From positions 640,001-704,000 of the forward strand of contig CAXWPL010000002.1 of NCBI GenBank assembly GCA_963666215.2: 64,000 nucleotides of DNA, written 5' to 3'. Below are positions 21,027 through 30,489 of this stretch, one piece after another. Under the pieces are notes generated by a model. The model ran no database searches. It was given only the letters and a program-made list of their open reading frames with translations, and was not told the origin of the DNA. A program made the position numbers and the translations under genes. Position 1 is the first letter of the stretch, and every line of letters starts with the position of its first letter. Source of the stretch: Acidobacteriota bacterium. GTDB taxonomy: Bacteria > Acidobacteriota > UBA890 > WLXD01.

Positions 21027-21974
21027 CTAGCTCGCGTCATCTGGTTCGATTCCGAAAGTCGGCCACGTAGGCCAACTCCAAGACTCGCTGGCGGTGACCC
21101 TCGCGCGCCTCTCGTTGTTCCCGCTCTGCTTCGCCAGCCGTTCGTACGACGCTGTGTCTCCGGCCAGCGGCAGGAAGACCAGGTGACGACCGATCTGGAC
21201 CGCCCAGGATCGATGCCACTCGGGCTCATCGACCCTCATGATCCGCCGCTCCGTCAACGGGTACCCCTGAAGGTCAGCGAGGAATGCCGGGATATGCTCA
21301 ACGTCAGGTTCCTCTATCTGCTTTCGGACGATCCCTAACGCCGGATCGAAGATGTAGCCGTAACCTGTGACCGCGAACAGCGCGAGATAACCGGCCCGGA
21401 GCCAGGCGACCCGGGCCGGCTGAGGCTTGTGGGCGTCGCCGACGATGCGGATCCCGAGTCGCTGCTCCTGGAAGCCTCCGCTTCCCAGGAAGTCCCGTAG
21501 GCCGTCAACCGCCCGAGGGTCGTTCGCGTGCTTCGCCGCAGGCGGGAGCCGCAGGTGGATCGTTATCTCGTCGAGCGAAAGAGTGGCAGAGACAGTGTGG
21601 TCGCCGACCTCGATGTGTACGCGGGTAGGCCCCGATTCGGGATCGCGGCCCAAGTTAGCCATATTCTCCCGCTTGAGGGCATGAGCTTCGGTCCGGCTGC
21701 CAGAAGTGTGGTTGCACGGCGCGCAGGTCAAAATAAGCGCTTTGCCGCCGAGGGACTTCGCCGGGACATGCTCAACGGTCAGATCATTGGTCTCGACGGC
21801 CTCGCGGAAGAAGACCTTCGTGCCTGTGTCCTCCTCGCCAAGGCACTGCGGGCAGATGTAGACCGGGGCGTGAACCATCTCCGCGAGTTCCGGGCACACC
21901 AGCGCGAGAGCTTTGGCGCCCCGGTCAAACCAGCGGTGCTTGGTTTCGAGTTTCACGGTCATCGCTCTCGCCAT
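21027..21974 (-). CDS. HNH endonuclease family protein
   Basis: YICPQCL...LTVEHVPAKSLGG...LTCAPCNHTSG (Zn-binding HNH); C-terminal RVAWLRAGYLALF region. Confidence 0.8.
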   Translation of the reverse strand: MARAMTVKLETKHRWFDRGAKALALVCPELAEMVHAPVYICPQCLGEEDTGTKVFFREAVETNDLTVEHVPAKSLGGKALILTCAPCNHTSGSRTEAHALKRENMANLGRDPESGPTRVHIEVGDHTVSATLSLDEITIHLRLPPAAKHANDPRAVDGLRDFLGSGGFQEQRLGIRIVGDAHKPQPARVAWLRAGYLALFAVTGYGYIFDPALGIVRKQIEEPDVEHIPAFLADLQGYPLTERRIMRVDEPEWHRSWAVQIGRHLVFLPLAGDTASYERLAKQSGNNERRARVTASESWSWPTWPTFGIEPDDAS

Positions 21975-22047
21975 CCCGAACACTTGAGTTTCGCATCAGG
22001 ATCGGACGGAGCAAACAGAATCATGGGCTAACGACGACGCCCTGAGG

Positions 22048-22710
22048 TCAGTGTCGCACGACGCGAAGATCGTCCCCACCCGCGAACCGAATTCGGATCT
22101 CAAACTCCTCGCCAGTCACGCTTCGCCCGTACAGGTCAAACTGGACAGGCATCTCTACTTCGTCCCCGACTTGGACTCTCAGTAGTTGAGGGATTTGCTC
22201 CGGGGGGGGGGGGGGGGGGTCAGCTCGTGCGGTAGGCGGGACGGTGACTACCACGCCCATCGGAGTACCTCCGACCCTGAGGTTCCGCGCGGTACCGCCG
22301 TGGTTGTGCAGATACGCCTTGATATGTCGCGTGCCAGCAGATCGATGGGCAAACTCAAGCAACGGTCGAGCCTCTAGCTCGGCCTGTTCTACTTGATTTT
22401 GGGTCGCGGTGGCGAGGCGCCGGGTCGCCGCTGCTAGGTCGGCGGTTTCCACCGCCGTGCGTTCAAGCTCGCGTTGCTGGGACTTGAGCGCGGTCGTGTT
22501 CAACCGCAATTCTTCGCCCTGCTGCATGTAGCCGAGGATGAGCCACAGGAACGCAAGTGGGGCGACGATGCCGGACAAGAAATCGCCCCACTCGTTGAAC
22601 TGGAGCGGTTTATTAGGCGGAGCAACGCAGTAGGCTACAGCCCAAACTGCGAGCCACATCACGGACAGGAATCCGCCTGAGATGGCTCGTTTGCGCTCCA
22701 TCGCGTCCAT
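22048..22710 (-). CDS. Hypothetical 2-TM membrane protein with coiled coil
   Basis: NEWGDFLSGIVAPLAFLWLILGYMQQGEELR motif, of a kind common in prophage/island genes; contains a poly-C (G18 on +) tract. Confidence 0.7.
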   Translation of the reverse strand: MDAMERKRAISGGFLSVMWLAVWAVAYCVAPPNKPLQFNEWGDFLSGIVAPLAFLWLILGYMQQGEELRLNTTALKSQQRELERTAVETADLAAATRRLATATQNQVEQAELEARPLLEFAHRSAGTRHIKAYLHNHGGTARNLRVGGTPMGVVVTVPPTARADPPPPPPEQIPQLLRVQVGDEVEMPVQFDLYGRSVTGEEFEIRIRFAGGDDLRVVRH

Positions 22711-22926
22711 CCGTGTGGCTGGCGACCAAGCCAACCGCGAACCGGTCCGCACTCGTCATCTCGCCCGTAGCTCCCGGTTTGGCGAGGTCGACGTCAAGCC
22801 TACCGAACTTCGGCCTCGCGCCCAACTCCAGGTCGGCTACGGTGGCCAGGCCATGAGCCCAACGTCGTGTCTCCTGCCGCACTGTCTGCTGCGGGCGCGC
22901 CCTGGGGCTGGACGATCTGACGAAGA

Positions 22927-23110
22927 TTATCGAGAGCCGCTATGAAGCCTCGCGGCCGCATCGCGAAGCCGGTCCACGACATCGTCGATTTCGACACCGA
23001 GTTGCTCCGCCTCCAGCGCAAGGCAATCGACAGACTCTCGGATACGCGCTCGCTTTCTCCTTCGCCGATACGCGGCGCGCGCCCAGAGGCGACGCACCCA
23101 GGGCGAGTAG
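22927..23110 (-). pseudogene. GntR/YtrA C-terminal remnant
   Basis: KRARIRESVDCLALEAEQLGVEIDDVVDRLR aligns with KRERLRRAVQRLAREAGQLGVEPTTVLEELR of 23939-24328. Confidence 0.55.
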
Positions 23111-23222
23111 CTGCAGCGGTGGCCACTCGGGCCAGCACCTCCACTGGCGAGAGACACTGCCAGAGGGCACTCTTCCGCATGTTGGTGGACCCACCAAACC
23201 GAACATCAGGAAGAGGTAAGCG

Positions 23223-23900
23223 ATGGACTTGGAGGAGCGAGTCGAGCGCCTGGAGCTGGAGAACCGAAGGCTAAAGCTGGTGGGCCGTGCCACGGTCGCG
23301 GTGCTGATGGGTGTCGTACTGGTGGCGGCGGTGTTGCCACAGGAGATTCCCGACATAGTCGAAGCGCGGGAGTTCCGTGTGATTGACGAGAACGGCATGA
23401 CCCGCGCCCGCATGAGCTCCGACGGCATCAGGTACGCGGACGAGAACGGTGTGCTCCGCGCCTTCATGAACTCCAAAGGGATTACGTACCAGGACGAGAA
23501 CCGCAAGCCCCGCGCCTTCATGAGGACCGACGGCATCGGGTACCAGGACGAGAACGGCACGGCCCGCGCCGCCATGACCTCCGACGCCATCAGGTACGCA
23601 GACGAGAACGGCCAGACCCGCGCCTCCATCGGCGTCGCCGGCTTCGGGTACTTGGACGAGAACGGTGTGCTCCGCGCCGGCGTGATCGCCGCCGGCTTCC
23701 GTTACTTGGACGAGAACGGCCATCTCCGCGCCTTGATGGACTCCGACGGCTTCCAGTACGTGGACGAGAATGGCCATGCTCGCGCCACGCTCGGAACCTC
23801 TGACCTGGTGACGCCGTCGACGAACGCCACAACCCATTACCCCGCTGCGGTCGTGTTGTACGACGCCGAGGGCAAGGCGATCTGGCAAGCACCCCGGTAG
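23223..23900 (+). CDS. Membrane-anchored protein with eight 18-aa DENGxxRA repeats
   Basis: ERLELENRRL, TM helix, 54-bp-period repeats from 23385, C-terminal LYDAEGKAIWQAP. Confidence 0.85.
   Translation: MDLEERVERLELENRRLKLVGRATVAVLMGVVLVAAVLPQEIPDIVEAREFRVIDENGMTRARMSSDGIRYADENGVLRAFMNSKGITYQDENRKPRAFMRTDGIGYQDENGTARAAMTSDAIRYADENGQTRASIGVAGFGYLDENGVLRAGVIAAGFRYLDENGHLRALMDSDGFQYVDENGHARATLGTSDLVTPSTNATTHYPAAVVLYDAEGKAIWQAPR
23385..23790 (+). repeat. 54-bp-period coding tandem repeat (8 units)
   Basis: gacgagaa(c/t) recurs every 54 bp from 23385 to 23763. Confidence 0.95.
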
Positions 23901-23938
23901 TGGTGACCGCACCCGCTCACTTCGCCAGCAGGCTGTCG

Positions 23939-24328
23939 TCACGCCGTTCGATGGCGAAGCGCGCGCCGCAATTCCTCGAGGACGGTGGTCGGCTCGACGC
24001 CAAGCTGGCCCGCTTCGCGGGCCAGGCGTTGGACGGCCCGCCGTAACCGCTCCCGCTTCTCCCGCGCGGCTAGCCTTCGCGGCCCCTCAGCGACGGAACT
24101 CCCGCCACCGCTCCGGGTGACGATCACGCCATCCTCTCGCGACAGGCCGTAGGCTTTCGCCGCAGTGTTTCGGTTGATTCCGAGATCCACCGCGAGCTGA
24201 CGCACCGTCGGCAGGCGGTCGCCGGGACTGAGCACGCCGCTGGCGGCCATCAGTCGGATCTGGTCTACGAGTTGATCGGAGAGCGGAGTGCCGTCGTCTC
24301 GATCGACGCGGAGCAGGTGGTCCGTCAA
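23939..24328 (-). CDS. GntR family transcriptional regulator (YtrA subtype)
   Basis: PLSDQLVDQIR...LSPGDRLPTVRQLAVDLGINRNTAAKAY. Confidence 0.92.
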   Translation of the reverse strand: MTDHLLRVDRDDGTPLSDQLVDQIRLMAASGVLSPGDRLPTVRQLAVDLGINRNTAAKAYGLSREDGVIVTRSGGGSSVAEGPRRLAAREKRERLRRAVQRLAREAGQLGVEPTTVLEELRRALRHRTA

Positions 24329-24810
24329 TTGCCCACCTTCATCCCACCCCCCATCAGGTTTCCTTGAAGACGGACGAGCACCTGAGTCGGTCCGAGCGTG
24401 GCGATGAGGACGGGCTTGCGTCAGGCTCTCTTGTCGGTCTCGAAAACCTGTTGCCGCCCTTGGGCGAGTTCTCGGGAAACATCGTCCTCAAGGACATGCT
24501 CGATCGTTAGCCCCACCCGTTGTAGCGCCACCTCGAGTCCTTGTGGGCATGGCGTTCCAGGGTGTTTGTCGAGTGCATGGAGTTCGGGCGCGTCCCAGGC
24601 GTAGTGCCGGCCTTCGTGGTCGAAGGTGCTCCAACTGGGGGCCAGCTTCGAGAGAGTGTTGTCGAGTTCAGAAACGACTCGATTCCGCTCGGCCTCGATT
24701 AGCACCCTGGGTCGTGAGCGCCTCCGCAACCCACCACCGGGATCTGAGGGAAGAAATGGATCAAGCTGTCGTCACGACCAGCCCGCCCCACCGGCTCTCG
24801 CAGATGTTCC

Positions 24811-25326
24811 CTACGATCGGATGAGCGCAACGGTGCCACATTTCATCTTGCCCTTGTCGGTCTTCAAGGTGACGGTGGCCGTGTCATACACCTTCACCCA
24901 GCCCCAGTCGCCGATGGCCAGCGGAAAGCTCCCACTGGCGAAGTACCCGCCGTGGCCTCCGGTCTTGAAGTCGATTGTCGTGACTTGCTTGCGCGTGACG
25001 AGACCATCTGTGCCCTCGACCTTCACGATAGCCTTGGCTTTGGTGATCTTCTCGTCGTCGAAATCGAAGCTGAGAAACTGGTTTGGGATGGTGCCGCTCC
25101 AGACGTCCGAAGTCTGAAGTTGACCGGGGTTGGGTGTCACCCAGCAGGTCTTCGCAGCGGCAGCAGCCCCCGAAGCCGGGATGCCTGCAAAGGCCATCAG
25201 GAGCGCCAGCAGGCCCGATGCCAGGACGCGGGTGCCTCGCGTGGCCCGGAGAAGGACCACGGCACCGATGCCCACCGACAGGATCTTATTCGTTGTCATT
25301 GTGCGTGCTACGTCCGTGCCGTTCAT
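24811..25326 (-). CDS. Hypothetical secreted protein
   Basis: SD GGAGG before ATG 25326; hydrophobic signal LLALLMAFAGIPASGAAAAA; Lys/Thr-rich domain with two Cys. Confidence 0.6.
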   Translation of the reverse strand: MNGTDVARTMTTNKILSVGIGAVVLLRATRGTRVLASGLLALLMAFAGIPASGAAAAAKTCWVTPNPGQLQTSDVWSGTIPNQFLSFDFDDEKITKAKAIVKVEGTDGLVTRKQVTTIDFKTGGHGGYFASGSFPLAIGDWGWVKVYDTATVTLKTDKGKMKCGTVALIRS

Positions 25327-25518
25327 TGCACGCCTCCACATCTGGTTGCGACGCTGGATGCGCCTTGGTGTCGGGCGCCAGGCAGTAGCGCTCGCCCGTA
25401 TCACGAGGGAGCATCACTCGGGCCGGTCAGATGGTCCTGAAGGATTCCTCCTGAAAGTCTGAAAAGAGCCGGAGAGAGCTCGCAGCGACTCGACTAATGG
25501 CCAAGCACACGAGCGCCC

Positions 25519-25622
25519 TCAGCGTCGCGCCCTGCGCAACTCCTCGAGGACACGCTCCGGCTCGACACCGAGCTGCTCGGCTTCGCGGGCCAGGCGCAGG
25601 CCGGCCCGCCGTAACCACTCCC
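25519..25622 (-). pseudogene. GntR/YtrA C-terminal remnant
   Basis: Translates EWLRRAGLRLAREAEQLGVEPERVLEELRRARR*; shares gcttcgcgggccaggcg and ggcccgccgtaacc with ~24011-24048. Confidence 0.7.
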
Positions 25623-25858
25623 AACGGTGGGACCGACACCAGGTCGCAATTCCGACGCGTCGGTGATTCCCTCCGCGTAGACATCGGGCCTAGCTCTCAG
25701 GCTCCGCGCTGTGGCAGGACCCTTCCGCTCAAGGAGCAGATGAAGGGAGCATCAAGCGCGGGAGCGCCTTGCTCGGTAGGCTACGCTTCCGCCGCCCGGT
25801 GTTTCGGAAGACCCGCTGGAGAAAGAAGCCCCGCAGGAGAGACAATCCCTGCCGAGCC

Positions 25859-26188
25859 CTATGCCGAGGAGTCGTCAAACACCTCTAGCAGGAGGCAGAG
25901 GCCCTCTATCTGCTTAATGCTGTGGTCAACGCGGAGGCGGAGCTCCTTCGCGGTGTAGGTGCGGGGTTGGAGAAAGAAGAGCTGGGCCAGCCGTGCGTCT
26001 TTGGGAAAGCGAAACATCCACTCGCCCCGGACCTTCCCGATCTCGCTGATCTCCCCAATCTCGAAAACGCGGAAGTCCCAGCCCTCGTCGAAGAATTTCA
26101 CCTCCATCCCGCGCAAGCGCGGAAAGGCGAATTCAATGATCTTTCGGGCACTCTCGCTGTTGCTCGAGAGGTCCGCGTGTTGCGACAT
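25859..26188 (-). pseudogene. N-terminal fragment of an APH-like phosphotransferase fused to unrelated sequence
   Basis: FFDEGWDFRVFEI...WMFRFPK matches an APH N-lobe; no catalytic HxD motif follows. Confidence 0.55.
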
Positions 26189-26241
26189 TCAGATCCACTC
26201 CCCGCTGTAGTGCACTGTTTCCCACAGTGCCAACCGACACC

Positions 26242-27678
26242 CTAGAACGGAGCAAACTGCTCCGTCGTGGGCTCGGCTCAGCAGTACCACGGCTCGGTGA
26301 GGTAGGGGATGGTCGCCGCGCTCGGCAGCGACGGTCGGTCGCGGCGCCCGGCTGCTGCTTGTTCGTCCGCTTGCGCTTCTGAGGACGCGAGCCCGTCGTT
26401 GGCGGCACGAGCCAGGCCTTGGATCTCTTGGAAGAGCTCGCCGCGGCCGGTGTCGGCGCTGCGCTCGGCCACCAGAGTCTCGATATCGCGCTGGAGCTGG
26501 TCGACGCGCGGGTCGGGATGCCGCCAGGGGTAGCCGAACAAGGCCGGGTCTTCATTCCCGACGACTTCCTGGATTTCGGGGAGCTCCAGCAGACGCGAGC
26601 GGCGCGGGATCAGTAGGCGGATCGCGAGCTGAATCGGGGCGACGGCGCCGACGAGATCCAGGTCGACGAGCGCATCGAGTAGCTCGAGGTAGCCGTCGAG
26701 CCTCGTCCAGGGGTGGAATGCCACGAAGGTCGGCTGCAGCGGCAGGTCAGCGGCGCGGCACAGCGTTAGGGCGCGCTCGAAGTCGGCGCGCGTGTGGCCC
26801 TTGTCGAGCAGCTCGAGCACGCGGTCGTCGAGCGACTCGACGGCGCTGGTGACCAGAGCGCAGCCGGTGTTGCGCAGCACCGGTAGCAGGTCGGCGTGCT
26901 GCAGCAGGTGCTCGACCTTCATCGTCGCGTCGTAGGTCAGCCGCGGGAATCGCTCATGCAGGGAGCGGACGATGCGGCGGGCGTGACCGGGGCCGTTCAG
27001 GAAGTCGGGGTCGCCGAAGGTGATGTGGGTGGCGCCGGCGGCTACCTGCTGCTCGATGTCGGCGAGCACGACCTCGGAGTCGACGATGCGGAAGCGGCCG
27101 TTGTAGATCGGCACCACGGGGCAGTGACGACAGCGGTGCTTGCAGCCGCGGCTGGCTTCCGTGGCGCCGACGATGCGCTCCTCTCCGGAGGGCAAACACA
27201 GGCGGGCATAGCTCGAAAGCTCGGGGAGGCCGCTGCGATCGGGGACGCGGAAGCTCAATCGGTCGTGGACGATGCGTGGCGCGCTCTGGATGCTGCCGCG
27301 TTTTCTGGAAAGATCCACCGCAAGCTGCTCGAGCTCGGCTTCGAACTCGCCGCCCACAAGCCAGCTCACTCCGAGCTTGGTGAGCTCCTTGGCCGCGACC
27401 GGCGCGTACAGCCCCCAGGCGCAGAGCTCGGCGGTCGGGTTCAGCTCGCGCACGCGAGCGATCACGGCGGTGGCGATGCGGGTGGCGGTGTGCATCGGCA
27501 GGTAAAACCCGACCAGGTCGGCGCTTCGTACGAGATCGTCGTCGAGCTGCTGCAGCGACAGATCGAGACAGTCAACGCGCACCGGCACACTCGCCTGTCG
27601 CAGCCATGCCGCGGGCGATGCCAGCCCGAACGGCTGGCGTCCGAGCTCGTAGGTAGAGATCAGCAGGACGCGCAGCAT
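26242..27678 (-). CDS. CUAEP-tail radical SAM selenoprotein (UGA at 26278-26280 read as Sec)
   Basis: CKHRCRHC (CxxxCxxC); N-terminal ISTYELGRQPFGLASPAAWL; C-terminus PYLTEPWYC-TGA-AEPTTEQFAPF-TAG; hairpin acggagc-agttt-gctccgt just 3' of the UGA. Confidence 0.92.
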
Positions 27679-27712
27679 GGCCCGGAAACGTTGTCTCTGT
27701 TGAAGGAACAGC

Positions 27713-27995
27713 TCATCCCACGGAGTCTGACAGAGTCGGACCCGGTGAATGAGGCAGCCCGTTCCTTGGCGCTAGGCGGCGCTCTGTTTCCGCAGCCACC
27801 CATCTCCGGTACTTCCGTTTCGTCGACCAAGCTGTGATCGGTCGAATACGATCGCCGCGCACGGTGAATGGAACCGTCAGATGGCGACCATCATCGGTGA
27901 TTCCGATGAGCCCGAATCGTTGCTCAGTGCCCGAGTGCTGCAGGTTCTTTTTGCGTCGACGCGCAGACGAAGTCAATCGACTTCGCTAGTGACCT
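27713..27995 (-). pseudogene. BrnT-like toxin fragment
   Basis: HSGTEQRFGLIGITDDGRHLTVPFTVRGDRIRPITAW; N-terminus degenerate; no antitoxin recognised. Confidence 0.65.
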
Positions 27996-28203
27996 CGATC
28001 GGTAGGTGGCGCGGATCAAGCTCCGCGGACGCCTCCTCGACGAATCGGACTAGCGACGGAAAACCAGGCAAGCTGTCGCAGTTGCGGTGGTCCTTCTCGA
28101 AACCGCGGCCGTCGGCGGGTCCCAGCCTCCCGGCAATCACGGCCTGGAGGGAGCCCCGGCGTTAGTGGTGACCGCACCCGCTCACTTCGCCAGCAGTCGG
28201 TCA

Positions 28204-28411
28204 TCACCCCGTTCGATGGCGAAGCGCTCGGCGCATTTCGTCGAGGACGGTGGCCGGCTCGACAGCGAGCAGCTCCGCTTCGCGGGCCAGGCGCTGGACG
28301 GCCCGCCGTAACCGCTCCCGCTTCTCGCTCTCGGTTAGCCTCCGCGGCCCCTCAGCAATGCGACTCCCACCTCCGCTGCGGGTGACGATCAGACCTTCCT
28401 CCCGCAGCAGG
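28204..28411 (-). pseudogene. GntR/YtrA 3' half duplicate
   Basis: LLREEGLIVTRSGGGSRIAEGPRRLTESEKRERLRRAVQRLAREAELLAVEPATVLDEMRRALRHRTG*; adjacent 34 bp (28163-28196) identical to 23898-23931. Confidence 0.85.
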
Positions 28412-28672
28412 CGCTGAGCGCTTCACTATCACGCCGGTTGTCGGCCTTGGCGAGACGCGCTAGTTTCCGGTCAACTCTAGTAAGTCTTGGGTAAGTTTCG
28501 TAGATCAGCGGCACGTCCTGGCTGATTTCAGGTTTTCAGAAGGTTTCCTTCAGGACACTTCGACCGGCCTGAGCGACTCTTCGGACATCATGGATTGCTG
28601 GCTGGCGGTACACCGTGGACCAGCAGGGGACACCTGGAACGAGGAGGTTGTAATGAGCCAACACGGAATCCG

Positions 28673-30079
28673 GGGATGACCCACCGTCCGTTGAACTAAG
28701 GCGACGGTGAAGTGGTTGGGGATTGTTACGCAGTACGGCGCTCCTGCTCAAGGGGAACGTCGACGGCGGTGTTGAGTGCGGCATCGAGCTTGGCGATGTC
28801 GCGGTAGCCACGAACCCTCCGGAACTTGCTCTCGGCCTCGATGAGTGCAGTAACCGCCCATCGAACGATCATGCTCCCGGAGCGCCACCGCTTTACGTTG
28901 CGGCTGACGTGTTTGATCGTCCCGTTCAGGTTCTCGATCGTATTCGTTGAACGTAACGTCCGAAGCAGCGGCCCCTGAACTCGGAGCCGAGTGACGGTGA
29001 GCGTCTCTTGCATTCCTTCTCTGAGCGAGGCCGCTGCACCGGGGTGATCGGTCTCCAGCTCCTTGACCACGGCGTCGAGCTGCTTGGTCGCTGCCGTGGC
29101 CGTCTCCGCCTTCCACGCCTTGCGGATCTTGGCTGCGAACCAGGGCCGGATATGCCCTGGCAGATGCTCCAATACGTTCTTGATCTTGTGGACACGGCAG
29201 CGCTGGATCAGGGCCCACTCGCCGAACGTGTCGCGCACTGCTTTACGGAGGCCCTTGGAGCCATCGATTACCACCAACCGCGCCCGTTCGACGGGCATGC
29301 CGCGCTCGATCAACTGCCGCAGCAGCGACCGGCACACGTGGGAGCTCTCCGTGGTGCCCTCTACGACACCCAGCACATGCTTGACGCCGTCCGCGTCGAT
29401 GCCCATGGCGATCACCAACAAGTGCTTGCCCATGTGCGTGCCGTCGATCACCAGCACCGGCAGGTCCACTTCATTGAGCGGTTGGGCCAGGTACTGCTGC
29501 ACCTGCTTGGCTGTACGCGCTACGAACCGCCGCGACACACTCGAGCGACTCGTTCCCGACGAAGCTCGCCCGTCGTCGAGCCGCTCTAACGAGCGCTCGT
29601 ACTTGCGCGTCGTGACGCCGCACAGGATCTGCTCTACGGCGCGCTCTTCGAGCGGATCTGTTGCCTTGAACCTCTCCCAGTGCGGCAGCGGCAGCTCTTG
29701 GCCATCGACGCTCCGAGCCCGCGGCTTGCGTACCTTGACCCGCCGGCCGCCCATCACCAGCGAGCCCTCGTCGTAGCCGTGTCGGTACGCCCGCCGCTGC
29801 TGTGACCGCGCGTAGCGCTCTCCGCAGAGCTCCGCCCGGTCTTCTTCCAGCAGCGAACCCAACACCCCGAAGCCCGCGTCCATGACCAGCGCTCGTAGAT
29901 CCGATCGCGCCGCTACCACTGCCTCCAGGAGCGGGTTCTCTTGGCGCTCCGCTTTCCTACTTGTCTCTGTTCTGCGACTCTTGCTCATGACGGTGATCCT
30001 CCATGCCAGTGGATTGACCCCGACACACTATCGAGGTCGGATCACCGTCACCCTTTTTCAACGGAGCCTGTGACATCCC
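28673..30079 (-). mobile_element. IS256-family insertion sequence
   Basis: Imperfect terminal inverted repeats gggatgacccaccgtccgttgaa / ttcaacggagcctgtgacatccc; atccgg present on both flanks. Confidence 0.85.
28726..29988 (-). CDS. IS256-family (Mutator-type) transposase
   Basis: LVIDGTH, VVIDGSKGLRKA, IQRCRVHKIKN, LRSTNTIENLN. Confidence 0.95.
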   Translation of the reverse strand: MSKSRRTETSRKAERQENPLLEAVVAARSDLRALVMDAGFGVLGSLLEEDRAELCGERYARSQQRRAYRHGYDEGSLVMGGRRVKVRKPRARSVDGQELPLPHWERFKATDPLEERAVEQILCGVTTRKYERSLERLDDGRASSGTSRSSVSRRFVARTAKQVQQYLAQPLNEVDLPVLVIDGTHMGKHLLVIAMGIDADGVKHVLGVVEGTTESSHVCRSLLRQLIERGMPVERARLVVIDGSKGLRKAVRDTFGEWALIQRCRVHKIKNVLEHLPGHIRPWFAAKIRKAWKAETATAATKQLDAVVKELETDHPGAAASLREGMQETLTVTRLRVQGPLLRTLRSTNTIENLNGTIKHVSRNVKRWRSGSMIVRWAVTALIEAESKFRRVRGYRDIAKLDAALNTAVDVPLEQERRTA

Positions 30080-30489
30080 CATCCGGGCTGACCGCGACGT
30101 CGAACGGGCTCTGCCACACTTCGATGGTCTCCAGCATGTTGGCGGCTGGCGGCACTATGCTATGTTTTGTTGTGTTCGCAGCTCGGCCATCTGTAGTAAC
30201 TCGTGGGCAGAAGCGAGCCCATCGCGCGCTGTATTCCCCAAGCCTGACCAGGTCGGGCTCTCGCTCATAAAGCCGGGTCGCGCGCTGCGTGAATCCTAGC
30301 GCCGCCCAGGCAGCCACGCCACGCCCCGGTGAGGAATGCCTCGGCGAGCGGCCCATACCGCCGCTGTCGCATCCAGCCGCGCCTCTCGAGCAGCGGCCGC
30401 ACCCGTCGCATCTGCGCGCAGGGCTGATGAACCCTCATCGAGCTCTGTGCTCGATCTGCAGCTCTCCTCTCGCCTGCTACGATTCCTCC

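Noticed and set aside
23385-23790. Regular 54-bp repeats as a CRISPR array
   Set aside because: The period is a codon multiple, the units are in frame in a protein with signal/TM, the intervening parts are homologous to each other, and there are no cas genes.
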